Assembly: GCA_964016885.1 (NCBI GenBank)
Contig: OZ024750.1
Location: 39,990,001 to 40,054,000, forward strand
Reading direction: 5' to 3'
Source of the DNA: Eledone cirrhosa
Taxonomy: Eukaryota
DNA: 64,000 nucleotides
The notes below the pieces were generated by a model that searched no databases, was not told the origin of the DNA, and saw only the letters and a program-made list of their open reading frames with translations. Positions 57,794 to 64,000 of this stretch are shown piece by piece. Made by a program: the position numbers and the translations under genes. The first letter of the stretch is position 1, and each line of letters starts with the position of its first letter.

Positions 57794-57795
<2 letters not shown>

Positions 57796-58030
57796 GAACA
57801 AGTAAGACCCCGACGGCTGAGCTCAAGCCGTTTCGACGGCTAATTCTGTCATTCTATCTGACGTTCTAACGACTCTACCATTCTATCTGACGTTCTCATT
57901 AGCCGTCGAAACGGCTTGAGCTCAGCCGTCGGGGGTCTTACTTGTTCCTATTACCCACTCTACTACCCTAAGTATTGAGTACTTTGGTGCGTTATGGTCC
58001 ACCTGGTTCCTTACCACATTTCCTTCGTTA
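57794..58030 (+). mobile_element. Fold-back PLE-like element (family of 3131-3340) with satellite DNA in its loop
   Basis: inverted arms 57795-57844 and 57898-57948; tail matches the reverse complement of 3131-3210. Confidence 0.8.
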
Positions 58031-58270
58031 TATATATATATATATATATATAAAATTTCAAGTTATCAATAATGTAGTGATAATATATCGTCACGTTTGA
58101 GATGAACAGCGTACGTGTAGGTTTGCTCAACGAGTATAAATTATATTCCGGAGAAAATGTAGAAAAGATGAATATAAAATGAAAGTGCTTTTATAAAGGA
58201 ATTTATTATTTTATAAATGAATTTATTATTTTATAAATGAATTTATTATTTTATAAATGAATTTATCCAA

Positions 58271-58388
58271 TATCTCTGAAGAAGTGACAACTGATTATAC
58301 ATTTGGTATCGAATACTTGCTAACATTATATGATTACGCAAGCAGCGATACATAGGTATTCCGTCTGTTACAGAAACATATGTCAATA
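58271..58388 (+). ncRNA. Hammerhead with ~90-nt stem-loop II, between ~46-bp inverted arms (58163-58436)
   Basis: CTGAAGA a-gtgaca...tgttac-a GAAA catat GTC aata; palindromic ACATATGT; stem I weak. Confidence 0.6.
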
Positions 58389-58435
58389 CCTAATAAATTC
58401 CTTTATAAAAGCACTTTCATTTTATATTCATCTTT

Positions 58436-58559
<124 letters not shown>

Positions 58560-58708
58560 TCAATGAAAAAAGAGTTAGTTAATTTGTGATCAACTCGTTC
58601 TTATATAGAACAGATGTCATGCACTCAATGGTATATATTTATCCAGAGTATTATTATAAGAATAATAGTAATAAACGAAAGATATATACTTTATATCACC
58701 TCTATTTA

Positions 58709-58780
58709 TTTCATCATATATTTCGAAGAATCAAAGTTGTATATATAACATAAACCAAAAGATGTTCTCTTCAGACAAAA
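58709..58780 (-). ncRNA. Degenerate hammerhead upstream of a bulged-hairpin tail (58621-58651)
   Basis: minus: ttttgt CTGAAGA gaa...ttc GAAA tata TG atgaaa; position 17 is G, so probably inactive. Confidence 0.5.
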
Positions 58781-59102
58781 ATATATAGGAGATGTATAAT
58801 TTTTTCCTGATATGTTGGTAGACAAACGAGCTGGACACATCGGTGAACATCAAGCATATGACTAGAAAAAACTTAACACGGGGGATTAATGTGACTGGGA
58901 GAATAATTACAGTTGGTTTAAACCTTTAATGAATTATTTAAAATATAGCGTAATTAGATTGGTCGAAAAAACAAAACAAAATTTGACCAATATTCAGTCT
59001 CTATGCTGCTTATAATCAATCAAGATAGGTATTAAATCAAAAGTATATATTATATCAAAGGAAAATATATTCTAGGAAACAGTAGTATTATGAAAATATA
59101 AT

Positions 59103-59283
59103 AATCGTTTCTACTTTTTGGCACAAAGCCAGAAATTATCCCAGTACATTACTGGTACTTTATTTTATCGACCCCGTAAGGATGAAAGGCAAAGTTAACC
59201 TCGGCGGGAATTGAACTCAGATCGTAAAGGGACGTAACTATGCTGGAAAGCATGGCGTCCGACCCTCTACCGATACTGCCAAT
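59103..59283 (-). mobile_element. SINE (short-tail subfamily)
   Basis: near-identical to other copies. Confidence 0.9.
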
Positions 59284-59398
59284 AAAAGGGGAAAATGTGG
59301 ATTACAGAATTTACCTACAAATTCTGTAATCCAAATTTTTTCCCCCTTTATTATATTTTCATAATACTACTTTTGTTTTCCTAGAATATTTTTCTATG

Positions 59399-60252
59399 CA
59401 CACACACAGACACACACAGACACACACAGACACACGCACACACACACACAGACACACACAGACACACACAGACACACGCATACAGAGAGAGGGAGAGAGA
59501 GACACACACAGACACACACAGACACACGCACACAGACACACACAGACACACGCATACAGAGAGAGGGAGAGAGAGAGACACACACAGACACACACAAAAA
59601 CACGCACACACACACACAGACACACACAGACACACACAGACACACGCATACAGAGAGAGGGAGAGAGAGAGACACACACACAGACACACACAAAAACACG
59701 CACACACACACACAGACACACACAGACACACACAGACACACGCATACAGAGAGAGGGAGAGAGAGACACACACACAGACACACACAAAAACACGCACACA
59801 CACACACAGACATACACAGAAACACACAGACACACACAAAAACACGCACACACAGACACACACAGACACACACAGACACACGCATACAGAGAGAGGAAGA
59901 GAGAGACACACACACAGACACACACAAAAACACGCACACACACAGACACACACAGACACACACAGACACACACAGACACACGCATACAGAGAGAGGAAGA
60001 GAGAGACACACACAGATACACACAAAAACACGCACACACACACACATACACAGACACACACAGACACACGCATACAGAGAGAGGAAGAGAGAGACACACA
60101 CAAAAACACGCACACACACACACAGACATACACAGACACACACAGACACACACAAAAACACGCACACACACACACACACACACACAGACATACACAGACA
60201 CACGCATACAGAGAGAGGGAGAGAGAGACACACACACACAGACATACACAAA

Positions 60253-60284
<32 letters not shown>

Positions 60285-60335
60285 GACATACACAGAAACA
60301 CACGCAAACACACACAGACACACAAATACACACAT
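59399..60335. repeat. Compound (CA)n/(GA)n minisatellite
   Basis: direct inspection; source of the four 300+ aa low-complexity ORFs. Confidence 0.95.
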
Positions 60336-60659
60336 GTGCGCATATTTGCTTTTTTAACTGTTGGGTGCGAAGAGTTTTCTTCGTTACGCTTAATTGCAAG
60401 TGAAGCGGTGTGACCCGAGCAGTTGACCTGAGTTAATCTAGGGTGGCTCAAAATAGAAACATCTTCAAATCTTATCTTCAATTAAAACATGCCTACATAT
60501 CTTGATAACATGTTATATATTCATTTATTAATCAATAAAACATTTTGTGGAGGTGCGTGGCTTAGTGGTTAGAGAGTTGGGTTGGCGAAGGTAATGCGTT
60601 ATGTCCTTCAGCAAGATACTTTATTTTACTTCATAATAGACAGCAGCGTTGATTCTTAT

Positions 60660-61130
60660 GCCATGAGAAAAATATAAGGAGGCATGACATCTCCCTCGTT
60701 GCTGACGGCACCCAGAACCATGACAGTGACAGGAAATATGGTGGACATGACCGTTGTAACCGCATTTGGGTCTCTTCATAACCATCTTTCGTCCTTCAGT
60801 TTATCTTTTGTCCTGATCAAAGTTTTTCTCACCAGAAAAGAACCAAAGCATTCCAGCTTGTTCAGTAAACATTTTGTATGGACCAAACGACTTCGTCACA
60901 TCCGACATAAACTGGCCTCTCCAGACCACATAAGACTTGTATCGGATGTCTTCATGGACAATTCTTCAGATGGTGCATTATGAAACCTTAATATTCTTTG
61001 TTTTGACTTTGATTGACTTTCCTGGGTTTGATCGATTAATTTTTTAACTTTACTTTAGAAACTTCAGTGTTCTGATTGTATAAGGATCTTGTTCATGTGT
61101 TTTGCGCTTGGTTGTTGATGTTGGATCCCC
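60660..61130 (-). pseudogene. DD37D/maT-like transposase remnant; possible TIR TAGGGTGGCTCAAAA at ~60439
   Basis: RIVHEDIRYKSY, LWFFSGEKNFDQD, ERWL, MSTIFPVTVMVLGAVSNEGDVMPPYIF. Confidence 0.75.
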
Positions 61131-61455
61131 ATCAGTACCAGTAATACAATGGGGTCGATTTAATCGACTTTCCCCCTCCCCTTCAAATTCCTGGCCTTGT
61201 GCCAAAAGTAGAAACAATTATTATTTTCAAAAACGCAAGTACTCCATTATCTAAATGTGACCCCATCTGTATAACTGACCCAGTTGTTAAAATAGTCTGA
61301 TTATATGACATTGTTGTGGAAGCCAGTTGCTTCTTGTTTTGGAGTTATCATTGTTATTCTTAACTATTATTATTGTTCTAGCCATGGAAAAAAACAAATA
61401 TCATATTGTTTTCTTTTCCATTTAAATTGAGCAATCAGCAATTATACACGCACAC

Positions 61456-61530
<75 letters not shown>

Positions 61531-61626
61531 CGTCGTTCCCCACCCCCACCCCCACTCTCAAAAGCGTGAACCTAATAAACCTTTATTTGTTTGTCTGCCT
61601 CTCTGTTTTGTTCCCGTATAAATTTG

Positions 61627-61680
<54 letters not shown>

Positions 61681-61767
61681 ATATTTGGGGAGGGTCATAT
61701 TTGCGTAATATTGCCAGAATTAATAACAGAACACACTCACTGTTTGGTTGGTTTTCGCTTCTCGCCG

Positions 61768-61810
<43 letters not shown>

Positions 61811-62164
61811 AACTGCCAATTCTTTATAGAAAAGGGCCATCTCTCCAACGTTGTGCTGAACGGCCCTAAGCCGACAAATGATTCTACAAACCCGCCTCTC
61901 TCCTGCATACCTTGTTACATAAGGACTTTGGATAGTCTTGAATATAACTTACTCCTTTTACGCTCTCATGTGCCGCTTGTGTCCAGCAGCAGGCCGACAA
62001 ACTTTGTCAGAAAACTGACACGGATACCTCGTAAGTCTTTCAGGGAGGACATTAACATAATCGGCTCCAGAAGGGCGATTGCTATGAGTTCTTAAATGAC
62101 TAGCAAATTCAGCACGAGACAGAACAACCTTTCCACAGGTTTACCAGAGCTTTTAAATGACATA

Positions 62165-62455
62165 AGCGGCGAATTGGCAGGGTCATTAGAACGTCAGATA
62201 GACTTATTTACGGTATTCGTTTCAGCTCACTGCTCTGAGTTCAAATACTGTCGAGGTCAACTTTTCATCCATTCAAGGTCGATAAAAAAAGTACCAGTTT
62301 AATACTGGTGTCTAATCTTCCTCTGATATCTCTTTCTCACTATCTCTCTATGTAAGAAATCTGCTATATTCAGATCTGGCGAGATGGGCTCCACCGGGTT
62401 ATAACAATGTCCTAGAAACGCTGTATATCAATACAACGCCCCTACAACTCCCCCG
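62165..62455 (+). mobile_element. SINE (long-tail subfamily)
   Basis: GGCGAATTGGCAG head, GAGTTCAAAT B-box, core and tail. Confidence 0.75.
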
Positions 62456-62647
62456 GGGGTAACGGGTCCATAATATACGTGAAATGACAGGGGTAACGGG
62501 TCCATAATATACGTGACATGACTCATGCTAAGGTTGCCATGCAGTTAAATGGAACCCGATGTTTCATAATTGCCAAGTGAACAATTTAACCCATTGTCTA
62601 AACCTCATGGTATATACACACAGCATATATACACCCATAATGAAGAC

Positions 62648-62966
62648 ACGTGACTGTGTGTTTAGGGTATTCGGCTCACAGTCGTAAGGTCGACAGTTCG
62701 ATTTCCGGCGGCGCATTCTGTCCTTGAGCAAGACACTTTATTAAACGTTGCTCCAGTCCACACATCTGGCAAACATAAGTTGTACCTATAATTCGAAGAG
62801 CCAGCCTTGTCACATTCTGTGTCACACTGAATCTCCCTGAGAACGACATTAAGGGTACGTGTGTCTGTGGAATGCTCAGCCACTCGCACGTTAATTTCAT
62901 GAGCAGGCTGTTCTGTCGATCGTATCAACTGGAACACTCGTCGTCGTAACTGACGGAGTGCCAGTT
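62648..62966 (+). mobile_element. Second tRNA-derived SINE family (CORE-like central domain)
   Basis: B-box-like GTTCGATT, GTCCTTGAGCAAGACACTT; remnants at 16605-16700, 28290-28345 and 60548-60630. Confidence 0.7.
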
Positions 62967-63441
62967 TAGTATAGTACACACAACAACACCAGACCTGTCA
63001 ACTCTCTCTCTGTCCGACTGGGGGAGATCTCCCACCCACTTTTTGGTAGGTGCGAGATGTCTTCTCTTGTGAAAATGGGTATAGCTTTCATTAAGTAAAA
63101 TCTCCCCATGTTGGGGTACATTCTTTTCGCGGTACTCCCCGCTTCGGTTTTCAGACGTTGGCAAGTCCGTACTCTGTTCTACTTGTACATAAATATTCAC
63201 ATCGATGAACATATAAAGGAAAGCAATTTGTTTAAAATTCAACGTAAACAAAATTGAATAGGCGTGAATTGAGGTAGGTGTTTTAGAAGAATAAAGATAG
63301 GTGAAAAGGTGTAAGTGGGAGAGGTAGAGAAATAGGTTTGTTATCTGAAAAGATAACAATTACATATGCGAAAGGCCAAGGATTTTAGGTGTGCACGACC
63401 AAATTGAGTAGGTTATGTGTGTATGGGTGCGTCTGTCTGTG

Positions 63442-63496
<55 letters not shown>

Positions 63497-63706
63497 TGTT
63501 TATGTGAGAAAGAGAGCAATATACCGTATGTTTAATTAGCTTCTCTCACTTCTTTTGCCGAAAAAAAAAGAAGTAAGTGACATAGTCACTACTTTAAAAA
63601 TGATAGCGCAAGGTCTTCAAAATGTTTTTAATTAAACATACGGTATATTGCCAAATATACTATACATACATTCATGTATACATCGGTATTTCAGAGCACC
63701 AATCCT

Positions 63707-63754
<48 letters not shown>

Positions 63755-63805
63755 TATGTATGTATACGTACATACATATATGTATACAGACGTACAGTAG
63801 CATGC

Positions 63806-63850
<45 letters not shown>

Positions 63851-64000
63851 TATACACATATGCATACAGGTACACACACATATATGCACGCATCAGTTTA
63901 GCCGACGTTTATTATAACGCCTGCTTTGTTCGTTTGTTTGTTCGTTCCTGTGTCAGTGTTGAACAAAAGGGTGACGTGGTTGCCTTAACACCGTATGGCA

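Noticed and set aside
59359-60481. 300+ aa Cys/Val or His/Thr ORFs
   Set aside because: Translation of CA/GA microsatellite
62925-63359. 144-aa minus-strand ORF
   Set aside because: No recognisable domain and it runs into a SINE; an exon cannot be excluded

Overview
Repeat-saturated, AT-rich eukaryotic DNA. The SINE families look like those of coleoid cephalopods (octopus-like; inference). No intact host gene is recognisable, and almost all ORF-track ORFs are microsatellite or satellite artefacts. The window holds: (i) many tRNA-headed SINEs; (ii) decayed LINEs (two R4/Dong-type RT/RLE elements ending in (TAA)n, CRE-like and RTE-like fragments, two with twin-priming inversions); (iii) Tc1/mariner remnants (DD41D-like, DD37D/maT-like), a MITE and a Helitron-like element; (iv) about ten minisatellite arrays (17-83 bp units), several amplified from an internal piece of the retroelement they sit in. 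The most striking signal is a dense set of short, often palindromic elements in (TA)n microsatellites that carry type I hammerhead ribozymes (HHRs): about 15-20 complete, variant or partial motifs from many unrelated sequence families, next to Penelope-like (Neptune- and Naiad-type) RT/GIY-YIG remnants. Many of these families share a covarying 3' bulged hairpin (ACUC-[stem]-UN-GAGU) just beyond the inversion breakpoint, a candidate cis-element for PLE reverse transcriptase. All structures were folded by eye and coordinates are approximate.
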